Assembly: GCF_006345805.1 (NCBI RefSeq)
Contig: NC_043007.1
Location: 68,634,001-68,698,000 of the forward strand
DNA: 64,000 nucleotides
Source: Octopus sinensis
Lineage: Eukaryota
Reading direction: 5' to 3'
Both the position numbers and the translations under genes were made by a program. Shown in pieces: positions 27,640-40,028 of this stretch (the first letter of the stretch is position 1; each line of letters opens with the position of its first letter). Under the pieces are notes generated by a model, which saw nothing but the letters and a program-made list of their open reading frames with translations, was not told where the DNA came from and did not search any database.

Positions 27640-28317
27640 TGTTACTTGCTTTAGTCATTAGACCGCGGCCATGCTGGTGGCACCGCCTTTCAAGAACTTT
27701 AGTCAAATGAATGGACTCTAGTGCTTATCTTATCGGCGTCTTTTGCCGAACGTCTAACATACGTGGAGGTACACAAACCAACACCAGTTGTGAAGCGCTG
27801 ATCACACACACACACCACACACACACACAAACGCACACACACATAAACACACACACACACACGTATAGACACACGACGGGCTTCTTTCAGTTTCCGTCTA
27901 CCAAATCCACACACAAGGCCTTGATCGACCCAAGGTTACAAAGGGAGCGCTTATCTAAGGTGCCACGTACTGGGACTGAATCGAGAAGCAAGCATCTTTT
28001 GATTTGTCATAAAAATTAATGGACTCTAGTGCATTAATGGACTCGCGTATAGATACATTAATGGACTCACGTATAGATACACGACAGGCTTCTTTCAATT
28101 TCCTTCTACCAAATCCACACAGAAGGCCTTGATCGACCCGAGGTTACAAAGGGAGGCACTTGCCTAAGGTGTCACGTAGTGGCACTGAACCCAGAGGCAA
28201 GCTTCTTTTGTTTTGTGATAAAAATTTCTTCCGTCTACCAAATCCACACACAAGGCCTTGATCGACCCAAGGTTACAAAGGGAGCGCTTATCTAAGGTGC
28301 CACGTACTGGGACTGAT
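27640..28317 (-). mobile_element. SINE family B with locally triplicated head segment
   Basis: ACCAAATCCACA..AAGGCCTTGATCGACCC.AGGTTACAAAGGGAG occurs three times (about 27900, 28108, 28238). Confidence 0.8.
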
Positions 28318-29016
28318 CAACCCTGTCTTGTGTTTGCAGCAGAAATAATGAGTGAAACATCGGAGCTAATGTCCTCTTCTTGTCTCCTGTCCTGACAACG
28401 TTAAGGAGAAGGTAAATAGATGGAAATACAATACACAAAAAGCAAACATGATTGTGTATTAAAACAAGTGTAAAATATTAAAAGTGCAGCCTTATGAAGA
28501 TGCACGCATAATGTCTAAAATATGAAAGCAGCTGAAGACAAATATTGTCTCTATAATATTCGGTATCATGCCTCCATTTTGCGCGAAATATCTGATTAAG
28601 AATTTAACCTCAGCGGGGTTACAGGAGTTGATTTAATATAAGCTGAATTCCCTTTGTCCCAAGCCCACTGATGCCGGCGCCTTATTGACCAGCATTAAAT
28701 TTTCATTCTACATTTTGTGTGGTAAACTTGTTCATCAGTCTCTTCTTATCGGAACTGCATATGTGTGTATGTATGTATGTGTGTGTATGTGTGTGTGTGT
28801 GTGCGTGTATGCATGTATATATATATATATGTATAGAAAGAGAGAGAGAGGGAGAGAGAGATAATTGTATAGGGTACAATTATACAATTATATATCTCTA
28901 AAAATGTATTTTACATAAAAGGTTTTATATGCTGGTCACTGATAAAATTCTTTAATTTTATTGATTGTATCCTTTGATTATATATATGTGTGTGTGTGTG
29001 TGTTTCGATGTATGTG

Positions 29017-29061
<45 letters not shown>

Positions 29062-29749
29062 CGATGTGTATTTCTTTGCCATTCAACATTGACGATTGAG
29101 AAATACATGCGACAAGACGGACGAATCTTTTGAAATGAAATTCCTTGCGGCATTTGTTCAACAACGTGTCATAGACACTCTTTTGTCACTGCCACCTTAG
29201 CAGTGACAAATGCAGTCAAACAAACAAGTATTAGCTTGTTGGTCGTCTGTAATATCATTTTGGTAGACATTGCTGATGCTATTTTACATTAACTGCGTTA
29301 TACGATAAAGGAGAATAAATTATTGCATTAATAAACCGAGACTTAATATCACATTTACTCGCAATAAACATCATCGCAACCTACCTCAAACGATAGTGTA
29401 TCTCCAAATTAGCATAATGCGCATATTACATTACAGATTGCCAATATAATCGTTCTATAAGAGCCGTTTCCATTCACTTGCACTATTGAAATGAAATACA
29501 AGCATGGGTGTCATTTTTAGAAATCAACAGGGTTCGTTACTTACAGATATGAAGATCTGATTAAGACGTCAAACAGTTTACCCAACAATATAACATCCTA
29601 TATATGGAAAATTAAATATTGATTGACAAGATTAAAATGTTTGCTGCTTTCAGCTGTTGACTTATATTTACTTTCTACATCGTTGAATAAAGCCAAATAT
29701 TTATCTTGTGATCATTGATCATTGACCAGTGACCGTATATATATATATA

Positions 29750-30006
29750 AGACACCAGCATCGGTTGTCAAGCCATGTTGGGGGGGGGGGACAAGCACAT
29801 ACACACAAACATATACACACACATACATATATATATATACATATATACAACGGGCTTCTTTCAGTTTCCGTCTAGCAAATCCACTCACAAGGCTTTCGTC
29901 GGCCCGAGGCTATAGTAGTAGACACTTGCCCAAGGTGCCACGCAGTGGGAATGAATCCAGAACCATGTGGTTGGTAAGCAAGCTACTTACCACACAGCCA
30001 CTCCTG
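29750..30006 (-). mobile_element. SINE family B, 3'-truncated
   Basis: CTTACCACACAGCCACTCCTG and GACACTTGCCCAAGGTGCC are the reverse complement of the head. Confidence 0.88.
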
Positions 30007-30023
30007 CTGTGTATATGTGTGTA

Positions 30024-30090
<67 letters not shown>

Positions 30091-30389
30091 GTCTCTTGTA
30101 TGAATGTATCTACCTCTCTCTTCTCTCTCTCTTCTTCTCTTTCGCTGTGTGTCTCTCTCTCTGTTTCGCATGTTAGCAGTGCATTATTCAATTTCTTACA
30201 TTATGAGCTTTGGATATTTAGACTATGAAATCGCGCGCGCGCATTTGCTTAGTGCGCGCGCGTGTGTGATGGTAAATTTAAGAACATGCAATTAAACCTT
30301 ATTTCTATTTCTTAAGCTGTTCAGCACACACTTCGCTAAACGTCCAGCCGCTTGTAGGCTTAACAGTAAATAACCCAAATGTGTTATGG

Positions 30390-30432
<43 letters not shown>

Positions 30433-30433
<1 letters not shown>

Positions 30434-30672
30434 CCGGAGTAAACACATAAATGTGAAACAAGGTGGAAAAAAGAGTACTTAAATACCAGTGGTAGAGTAA
30501 TATGCTTTATTTAAAGCAGCAGAAAATTCATCAAAATCTGTTACTCTGAGTTTCTCGTTGCCGTTCATCAGACAGTTTTTGACAGTTTTTCTAGCAAAAA
30601 CAGTCTGATGAACGGCAACGAGAAACTCAGAGTAACAGATTTTGTTGAATTTTCTGCTGCTTTAAATAAAGT

Positions 30673-30675
<3 letters not shown>
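30433..30675. mobile_element. Fold-back element with two back-to-back hammerheads (30538-30575 minus, 30601-30638 plus)
   Basis: CTGT-CTGATGA-ACG-GCAA-CGA-GAA-ACTC-A-GAGT-A-ACAG. Arms about 30500-30580 and 30596-30675, tail 30433-30499, TA flanks. Confidence 0.85.
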
Positions 30676-30706
<31 letters not shown>

Positions 30707-30842
30707 AATTCAACAAAAAATGTACTCCATCTGGTGAGAGATAAATATTATTTGTTTAAACGGCCCAATACATGTATTAAAGCACTACTAATAGCTTCAT
30801 ATGCATATTCTTCATAACGAACTAGTTTGTGATATGTGGTTT

Positions 30843-30896
30843 GCGCTTGAAAAATATGTTTGAGTTTTTCTCAACATATGAAACTATTAGTAGCGC
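30843..30896 (+). ncRNA. Hammerhead ribozyme with U3-A8 core variant
   Basis: GCGC-TTGAAAA-ATATGTT(T)GAG-TTTTT-CTC-AACATAT-GAA-ACTA-T-TAGT-A-GCGC. Its 3' part has an inverted copy at about 30767-30803. Confidence 0.75.
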
Positions 30897-31002
30897 TTTA
30901 ATATATGTATCGTGTCCCTTACATAAATAATATATACATGTATATACTCGTATGTCTGTATACACGCATATATACACACGTACATCTATACATACATACA
31001 TG

Positions 31003-31058
<56 letters not shown>

Positions 31059-31884
31059 ATATATTATATATATATATTATATATATATATATATAAATTA
31101 GTAAAACATCTTACTATCTGAGTAATTCATGTTGCATTTAGTTTATCTATTAGATGATTTAAATTCAACATTTCAGTTTAATTGAAAAGGTTAGCGCATT
31201 GTTTTAGCATTGCATTTTATCGGGTGGGCATTCTAACTTATCTACTCACTCAGTGCTTCATTTTCATTTATTACTTATTAGGTACTCAAATCTAACGGTG
31301 GTCGACTTTGCTTTTCATGCTTCACGGGGCCTACAAAATAAATAAGGTAACAAACAAGTATTCAGTGAGGGTTTTTGTGGTAATTGACTAACGCCTTTAT
31401 CCCAAAATACATGCCACGCGCCTTAAATAAAAAAAAAAAGACCTGTTGGTTTATTAGAAACGTTAGAACATTACAAAAATATGTTCTGTAGCATTTCTTT
31501 CGAACTTTTACATTATGAGTTCAAATTCCGCTAGGGCCAACTTTGCTTTTCATCCTTCCGAGGTGAGGATTATAAATTAAAGTATTAATCAAGTACAGAA
31601 ATCGATTTAATCTACTAACCGCCTTACACCCATAATAAATTCTGATCATGGGCCATATCGAAATTAATTATTTACACCGTGAAAATATTCCGGGCATTAC
31701 CAGTCACTAGAACGTTGGAGTAAGTAACTTGTTGTATTTACCTACGTCCTTTAAACTCAAGGCCCGTCGGAAATGATTTTTATTTTATTTTCCAGGACAA
31801 CTTATTAGTGTCTTTGTAAAAAATACCCTCTTGTAAAACGTGTGAGACTTTGCTTACTTCAGAGCATATGATTGTTGTGAAACA

Positions 31885-32103
31885 GGTGGCGAGCTGGCAG
31901 AAACGTTAGCACGCCGGGCGAAATGCGTAACCATATTTCGTTCTGAGTTCAAATTCCGCCGAGGTCGACTTTGCCTTTCATCCTTTCGGGGTTGATAAAT
32001 TAAGTACCAGTTGAGAACTGGGGTCTATGTAATCGACTTAATCCATTTGTCTGTCCTTGTTTGTCCCCTCTGTGTTTAGACCCTTGTGGGTAGTAAAGAA
32101 ATA
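31885..32103 (+). mobile_element. SINE family C with TSD
   Basis: ATTGTTGTGAAA at 31871-31882 and 32108-32119. Confidence 0.92.
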
Positions 32104-32134
32104 TATTATTGTTGTGAAAAAGGCTACTTTAGAG

Positions 32135-32390
32135 CAGTGGTTCTCAACTGGGGTGCATATGGCCCTTGGGGTCCATATAAGATTTTGTTGTTAAAATTTA
32201 TCTGAAATAAGGTGGTTATACTTCAACAATATACAGACTATTTTAATAATTATTCTTATACAAAGCCAAATAATATTTTATTATGAAAATATAATAAATA
32301 TTCTTATCATCGAATCACTAAGATGGTCCATCCGTATAAAATAGCAATCAAAGGGGGCCACAGATAAAAAATGGTGGTTGAGAAACTTAG
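32135..32390. mobile_element. hAT-type MITE
   Basis: Ends CAGTGGTTCTCAAC and GTTGAGAAACTTAG; imperfect 8-bp TSD CTTTAGAG/TTTTAGAC. Confidence 0.7.
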
Positions 32391-33097
32391 TTTTAGACAG
32401 TCAGACTAAAAGCCCGCCACACAGAATTTCGTTTCAACCCTTCATATTCTGAGATGAAACTTCGTATGTTATCACCCCAGTATCGCTAGATAAGAGTAAC
32501 GAAGTTTTTCACAAGAAATCTTTTGAAGTGATTTCATTTAATATATACTATCATATATAACTATACACGACTTTTACAGAAGATTTGGCCCTGTGCCAGT
32601 ACTATAGATCATTAAGAAGCGAAAGCGAAAACTGTATTTTGGGCGTATATTTGAAAATGAGTCTGTGTGTTTATGTCTGAGAATAAACTACTATCATTAC
32701 TACTAGTGGTAGTAAAAGTAGTATTTTTGATTCTACTATCGCTGCCGCCGCCATCAGACCTGCTTTGGTCGTTATTAAGTAATTCAGCTTGTTTTGTTAC
32801 GAAATATGTAAAAATTTTCTGAACTGCATATCATCATCAGAGGGGAAAAAAAACAAAAACAAAAGGAAAAATAAAAGGTAACGAATTCCTGCATTCGCAG
32901 CTACTGCTGCCAAGAATGTTGGCTGTCTATCATACATGCTATCTTCATTTGCGTTCCATTGGGATATCGTTGCTATGCAACAAGATGACACAGTGGGATG
33001 AACGTAAGCTTTCATATGCTTTGAATAATGTAAGGTTATACAACGTTTTGAGTTATACGACGCGATGACACGAAGGTGCTTCCTATGCTTGTTTGCA

Positions 33098-33145
<48 letters not shown>

Positions 33146-33398
33146 CATTATTATTATTATCATTATTATTATTATTAGAAATATTGAATTTCTAAATGTC
33201 TCAGAGAGACATAAGCGGTGGTGGAGCGATATAAGTAGCCGTATACTGTCAACACAATGTGACAGTCCCGTAAGGGAATTACACCACCGTCATTTAGCCC
33301 TAGGAAACATCGACGTCTCCTGTCGGCTTTGACACATTTTCTGTGTCCTTATATTTGCAATGGGGGAGGCAGTCACCCCCGCAAGCCGGGACAAGGCA

Positions 33399-33444
33399 CC
33401 TGAAGACATATGTTTCTGAGTGTATTGCTCATCGTCAGTTCAGG
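33399..33444 (-). ncRNA. Type I hammerhead ribozyme with intact core, in a pLTR-like insert (about 33177-33460) within (ATT)n
   Basis: Minus strand: CCTGAA-CTGACGA-TGAG-CAATACA-CTCA-GAAAC-ATAT-GTC-TTCAGG. 6-bp stem I, GUC site. Confidence 0.9.
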
Positions 33445-33469
33445 GTAGCCTGCCTCGCTATTATTATTA

Positions 33470-33571
<102 letters not shown>

Positions 33572-34018
33572 GTAGTAGTAGTAGTATAGTAGTAGTAGTA
33601 GTAGTAGTAGCAGTAGCAGTAGTAGTAGTAGTAGTAGTAGCAGTAGTAGTAGTAGCGAGTTGGGAGAATCGTTAGCACACCGGTCAAAATGCTTTGTGGC
33701 ATTTTTGTCCGTCTTTACGTTCTGAGTTCAAGTTCCGCGAGGTCGACTTCACATTTCATCCTTTCGGTAAATTAAGTACCAGTTGAGTACTGGGATTGAT
33801 CAAATCGACTAACCCTCTTCCATAAAATTTCAGGCCTTGTGCCTTTAGTAGAAAGGGTACACCAGGCATATACATCACAGCCATATGTGTGCGATATGGT
33901 GATCTCATATGAAGATAAACAGCACCTGATAAAAAAATACCATTTGAGTACTGGGGTCGATACAATCGACTTACACACTTTCCGCAATTGTTGGCCTGGT
34001 GTCAAATTTTTTAAATTA

Positions 34019-34079
<61 letters not shown>

Positions 34080-34543
34080 CATTAATGTTGTTGTTGTATA
34101 GGCGTACTTCATGTCACAGAAACATTCTCCTTTCCTGAAAATTATATCTTAATGTGGAATTTCGTAACGCAGAAATTATATTACTGTAGAATTCCACGTT
34201 ATATGAAAAGTCAATGAATACAGAATTAAACGGAACAATTTTCTTTCGCGATACGAAACCCACGTTACGGCAAGATTATCATGAAATTATTACTTGCGTA
34301 ACGTGTAGGCTCGCATTTAGAAGGTTAGTCTTGGAAGTTTTGTCAAAATGTAGTATTTCGTAATGTAAAATCTAATTTACTACTGTCTTCCATGTTATAT
34401 GCATGTGAATGAACATGGAATTCAATGGAAGTATGTGCATTTGGCAATGCGGAGACTCGCCTTGCAACAGAGTTTTTCATAATGCAAGGTTAAGCTTGCA
34501 TTTGTGTGTCTAGGGAGTAAGATTTTTTTTAGTTACCATTAGA

Positions 34544-34703
34544 CGTAGGAGTGGCTGTGTGGTAAGTAGCTTGCTTACCAACTACATGGTTCTGGGTTCA
34601 GTCCCACTGCGTAGCACCTTGGGCAAGTGTCTTCTACTATAGCCTCGGGTCAATGAAAGCCTTGTGAGTGGATTTAGTTGGGGGAAACTGAAAGAAGCCA
34701 ATC

Positions 34704-34789
<86 letters not shown>

Positions 34790-35012
34790 TATATATATAT
34801 ATACATATATATATATATGATTAGCTTCTTTCAGTTTCCGCCTACTAAATCCACTCACAAGGCTTTGATTGACCCGAGGCTATAGTAGAAGACACTTGCC
34901 CAAGGTGCCACGCAGTGTGACTGAACCCAGATCCATGTGGTTGGTAAGCAAGCTACTTACCACACAGCCACTCCTACGGCATTAGACTGTTTCTAATTAT
35001 CTGCTGATCTTC

Positions 35013-35059
<47 letters not shown>

Positions 35060-35290
35060 GTGTGTGTATACACGGTATATGTTTGAGTGTCTGTGTTTGT
35101 CCCCCCAACATTGCTTGTCTTCCGATGCTGGTGTGTTTACGTCCCTGTAACTTAGCGATTCAGCAAAAGAGACCGATAGAATAAATACTAGGCTTTCAAA
35201 GTAGAAGTCCTGGGGTCGATTTGCTCGACTAAAGGCGGTGTTCCAGCATGGCCACAGTCAAATGACTGAAACACGTAAAAAAGAGTAAAA
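34544..35290. mobile_element. SINE family B with inverted duplication of its head (34544-34978) and displaced tail (35085-35290)
   Basis: Order is head (+), microsatellite, head (-), then tail (+). Confidence 0.88.
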
Positions 35291-36114
35291 GAGTATTAGG
35301 AGGAGAGGTGACAGTGTTCATTTTTTTTTCAGACTGGGATCTGGGTCGAGTTAAGGGAGTTTGACTGTTGCCGTTTAATCTAAGGTCAACTCTGAATGAG
35401 TAGCCTATGTTTAAAGGCATTTCAGCCATAACATCCTACTTTTTCACTTTATGCAAGTAATGCAAGGTCACTTCCAAAGTGCTTTTCATAAAACGCTGGG
35501 ATGTAATTCCTAGGAGCCTGGTTGCTGTGTCTATTATCTACGCTAAGGTCTCCTCTTGGAAATCGAAGTCCATTAGTGGGTTCATTAATCAGTTTAATGA
35601 AGATCAGCAGATAATTAGAAACAGTCTAATGTCGTATAAAATTAAATGTTTTGTGTTATTTATTTATTTCCTGCTAACTTGTAATTTACATCTCTCTAGG
35701 ATTGATTTTAAGAAATACCACTCTGAAATTAAGAAGATCGATAAAACAAGATATTGAGCTCCAGCCAAACTACAGAATGCAGTAAAAAAAAAGGCTTTAA
35801 GATTTATCACTCAGGATAAATGTTTCATCAGCAAATACAAAATGTACACTGATCCTAATCATAATGGGAAGTAATAAAACAATAAAACATTAAGCCCATT
35901 AACTAGTTAGAAGATTTCTATAAGATATGAAAGCAGTAACTATACTGATAAGTAATGTTTATTGCTATTTCAACATAGCTGTTCCGTAGGAACCGACGTT
36001 ACTGTTATTTTAACCCCAGGAGGACACCCCCTCTTGCTGGTTATTCGATGCAATCTGCACCCGATATATATTGCAAGCAGGAGAGCGAACCCCTATCGTC
36101 TTCCAGCGACGGGA

Positions 36115-36163
36115 CCACCAGACTGTACGGTTTGGAGCTATTTGTGCTTTTCCTCAGTGGTGG
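36115..36163 (-). ncRNA. Degenerate hammerhead
   Basis: Minus strand: CCACCA-CTGAGGA-AAAGC...GCTC-CAAAC-CGTACA-GTC-TGGTGG. G12 is lost. Confidence 0.7.
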
Positions 36164-36439
36164 AAACTCATCTGCTACAGATAGCTACAGAAAATAAACG
36201 ACAACCAGTCACTGTTCTTGCGACAAGGAAATAGCTACATAAAAATAACATTGCGATTTGCCTATCTTTAGCCGCGCCATATCAGTAGTGGTGTAAGATA
36301 TGGGTGCCTTTCTGTTTCACTTGGTATTAAACTCTTTCATATGGAATATATATTAGCGACAGAAAAAGAATTAATACCCAGAGGTAATATTTCTTCTATA
36401 GCCAGGTTCGAACACAAGCCGCAGAAACTAAGTCTACCC

Positions 36440-36700
36440 ACCACACCTCTCTTTCCAACACTACTGCCTCGAGTTCCTTGATGCATTTCAGATCAGTGTC
36501 TGAGATCAAGTTGTCGATGTAAGTGTGATAACGTTTTCCTCTCCTTACCCATGAACTAGTTTGGATGCTTCCAGTTCATGTTGGTGTATGCAGTGACCAG
36601 ATATTTACAAGTCTTTGCCTGATCTTCTCCCTAACTTTCGGCAGGATCTTCATGTGAATGTTCTGTTAGTACAAGCTATATTACGGTAGGTAACATGACC
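36440..36700 (-). pseudogene. RTE-like LINE 3' end remnant
   Basis: Minus-strand fragments SGHCIHQHELEASKLV and TYIDNLISDTDLKCIKELEAVVLEREVW resemble the RTE ORF C-terminus. Confidence 0.6.
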
Positions 36701-37017
36701 AAAATATCTCATATTGGCTTATGATGCAAAATACGCTCTTGTTTATATCACTAACGGGGAGATAACTCCCCGATATTTCCAGCGCTGAGACCACCAGATT
36801 ACGTGATTCCGACTTCTTTGACCGCGTCATAAGAATAGACTGCTTTGTGCTAGAATCAGAAAACAATATAGAATAGCTTAAAGAGAATAAGCGATGATAA
36901 GCTTACGTAGGCAGGACATTGAAACAAGATTCTACCCTCACCATCCATATCGGTTTCCTTGCCCGAAACTGGTTGCATCTTCCTGCCTAACGTGAACTTA
37001 TTAAACTGTTTATTTTC

Positions 37018-37193
37018 TGTTCTATATTTAAGAGATGACGAATTATGCACATTATTTACATTCGACAGATATTTGTCCTCATCTTGTTTGTTGTTAACAC
37101 ATTTCGGTTGATATACCCTCCAGCCTTCTTCGGGTGTCTTGGGGAAATTTCGAACCTGGGTTCTCATTCCTAAGGTATTTTTCGATGTTGTTG

Positions 37194-37246
<53 letters not shown>

Positions 37247-37345
37247 GCTGTTGTTGTTGTTGTTAGTGTTCAGGATACTGTTTGGAATCGAACTCGGAAT
37301 CTTGGGGTTAGTAGCCCGCGCTCTTAACCACTACGCCATATGCCC
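37018..37345 (-). mobile_element. tRNA-headed element: pol III head, (AAT)n, hammerhead-bearing tail
   Basis: Head GGGCATATGGCGTAGTGGTTAAGAGCGCGGGCTACTAACCCCAAGATTCCGAGTTCGATTCC has A and B boxes. Degenerate HHR at 37097-37137: ACAC-CCGAAGA-A-GGCTG...CAACC-GAAAT-GTGT. Confidence 0.7.
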
Positions 37346-37997
37346 GTGGGTATATTTATTTGCTGTTGTAACACAAAATACATTTCTGCAAGTAATGATT
37401 ACGAGCTCTGATAATTATTAGTACTTGCATCTGAGGTGACGACTGCACAGTCGAGTACTGGTTCAGTTCACTCTCCCTTCCCTCTCCTTCTCCAGCTGTT
37501 ACACCCTCGATATTCCGATAGATTATTAGTGGGCCAAGAGTGTGTTTATGTCTGCTCGCGATTACATGGGCACCTAAAAGAATTAGCAAAAGCAAGGTAC
37601 ATACATCCAATTCATACTCGCTTATGGTTGACAACTCTAGTTTGGTCGAGTCACGATATATTCTAATGAGGGAGGCTTGTATGTAGAGAAAAGAAAGGGG
37701 TACTAATATGAAATCGAGGATCGTGGTCTGACGTTATATTGTAATTCGGAAGGTTAGTCGAAGTACTGAAAGCATTTCGACCTTCCACGGTCGATAAAAT
37801 AAAGCACAAGTCAAATACTGCGGCTAATATAATATACCATAGTTATCTCCCATATTCAGGGCCTTTTGCCCAAGCAAAAAAAAAATCAATATTTACGTAA
37901 GCACCATTTTCTACCTGTCACTGATTTTGAATATTTATTGATGTTGTCTACAGTGTGTTGTTGTTTTTGTTATTGTTATTGCAGTTGTTGTTGTTGT

Positions 37998-38033
<36 letters not shown>

Positions 38034-39233
38034 GGAGGAGGAGGAGGAGGAGGAGGAGGAAGGCAATATTATGTAGGACAGAGGAGCGCATTGGCACGAG
38101 TCGCGAAAACATCGGATCAAATTCATTAGATGTATGTTCTGGTTCTTTGCATTCTGAATTCAAATCACGCAGAGGTCACTTTTTTCTTTCATCCTTCAGA
38201 AATCGATAATTTAAAGTTCCAGGCAAATACTTAGGTAGATGTAATCTGCCAAACTCCACCATTGAACATTGTTGGCCTTGTGATTCAACTAGAAATAGTG
38301 ATTATTATGTTGAATTTTTTATTATACACAGAATGGGACAATACAAAACGTGACAAACATAAAATCGGGGAACTTAAAATACAAAAAGATGAATTAAGAC
38401 GGAAAAAACCCCAAAACGAATGAAAATATGAAAGAATATAAATGAGGCGCAATGCCCACTCGACCCCCGAAGTCAAGTGGTTATATTTCGACAATTTTTC
38501 CCTTTATCATAAATGAATATCACAAAAATTCAATTGAATTTTTCTTTTTAGTCTCTCATATTCTATTATGGCGGGTGGACTCTCATGCAGCAGACACCGT
38601 TTCATCAGTTTTACATTTTTTGCAAATCCCGCTATGAATTTATTATATCTCTCCCTAGGTATCAAAATACCTCCGTCATTTACGTCAAAAGTGTCTCTCG
38701 ACAGCGCCACTCTCACCTGTCCCTTCACTTACACTATTTTTCTCTCCGCGTCTGCACAATAATGATTATTATGTTGAAGCGTAGAAGTCATCACAGCTTA
38801 GCCATTAAAAACAGATAAACAGTTAACTTCAGTTAAAAATATATTATTTGGTGTCAAACTTTTCGCCGCACCGTCTGCAACCCGGTTACTATGATTGTTA
38901 TTGCTGACCAAATATCAGGTTTCAGACTTTAGGATTCGAAAATTTCATAATGCGCGGGAAAAACAGGAAGAGATATTGAGTATTTCGTCTCCATACATCC
39001 GCGAAGTCTGGTGTGCAACAGATGATCTTCATGCACTGGTATCAGGGACTTCTTTGAGAATATTGTAGCAAATAATAACTCAACATGGCGGCGACAAAAT
39101 TTTAACAAATCAACACTACGCAAACTGAAGAGAAAAAGCATTGGTTGAACAATGACCTTTACGTAAGAGAGGCAGTGGTGAGAGCTCAAAATCTGGAAAC
39201 AACAAAGTAGATTAACTACAACTAAATCTCAGT

Positions 39234-39541
39234 AGAGGCACGTGGCCTAGTCGTTAGAGCAGCGGACTCGCGGTCGAGGGATCGCAGGTTCGAATCTGAG
39301 ACTGGGCGATGTGTGTGTTTATGAGTGAAACACCTAAGGTCCATGCGGCTCCGTCAGAGGGTAATGGCGAACTTCTGCTGACTCTTTCGCCACAACTTTC
39401 TCTCACACTTTCTTCCTGCATCTTGCAGCTCACCTGCGACGGACCGGCGTCCCGTCCAGGTGAGGAACCTATACGCCAAGGAAACCGGGAAAGTGTCCCT
39501 AATGAGCCAGGCGTGGTTCGAGAAGGAACAAACAACAACAA
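39234..39541 (+). mobile_element. tRNA-derived SINE family A, tail type 3, with TSD
   Basis: A and B boxes, shared core ACTCTTTCGCCACAACTTTCTCTCAC, (AAC)n end, TSD TAAATCTCAGT. Confidence 0.92.
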
Positions 39542-40028
39542 ATAAATCTCAGTTAAGTAAATTTAGAAATGGGTGTGCGATAGGATATGGGAATTAATCT
39601 CACACTTGGCAGACATGGTGAAAACTCTCAAACAAGTGCTTACTGATACCACTAGATGGCAATATTCTCAGCTACAAAGAATTTGGGGAAATTCAAACTG
39701 CAGAAAGACAAAGTTTATCGCAAGAAAATATGAATGTTGATGCAAATTGGAGGACAAGGAAGGCTATTACAAAACAACAAAGAGAAACAAAAGAAATAGA
39801 AAGTTCGAAGTAAAATGAATGGAAATAACTGCAAGGAAACGAAATGAAATTACGAGTACAACAAGCAGCAAAGAAAAAATATATAAGGAAAATGAATTAC
39901 TGACAGGAATCAGAAATGAACCCAACTGAATATTATGGGCAGCGTAAGTAGCATGTTAGCAGTTTATAAAGTAAAATACAATTCAAATAAAGGAGTTCGA
40001 TGTAGTTACATGATATGTTAGGAATAGA

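Noticed and set aside
33255-33305. Pistol, twister or HDV-like ribozyme on the + strand
   Set aside because: The required pseudoknots and conserved residues could not be placed; the block is better explained as the antisense of the HHR-linked module.
37280-37345. Functional tRNA gene
   Set aside because: Acceptor stem does not close and there is no oligo-T terminator; treated as a SINE-like head. The same applies to family A-C heads.
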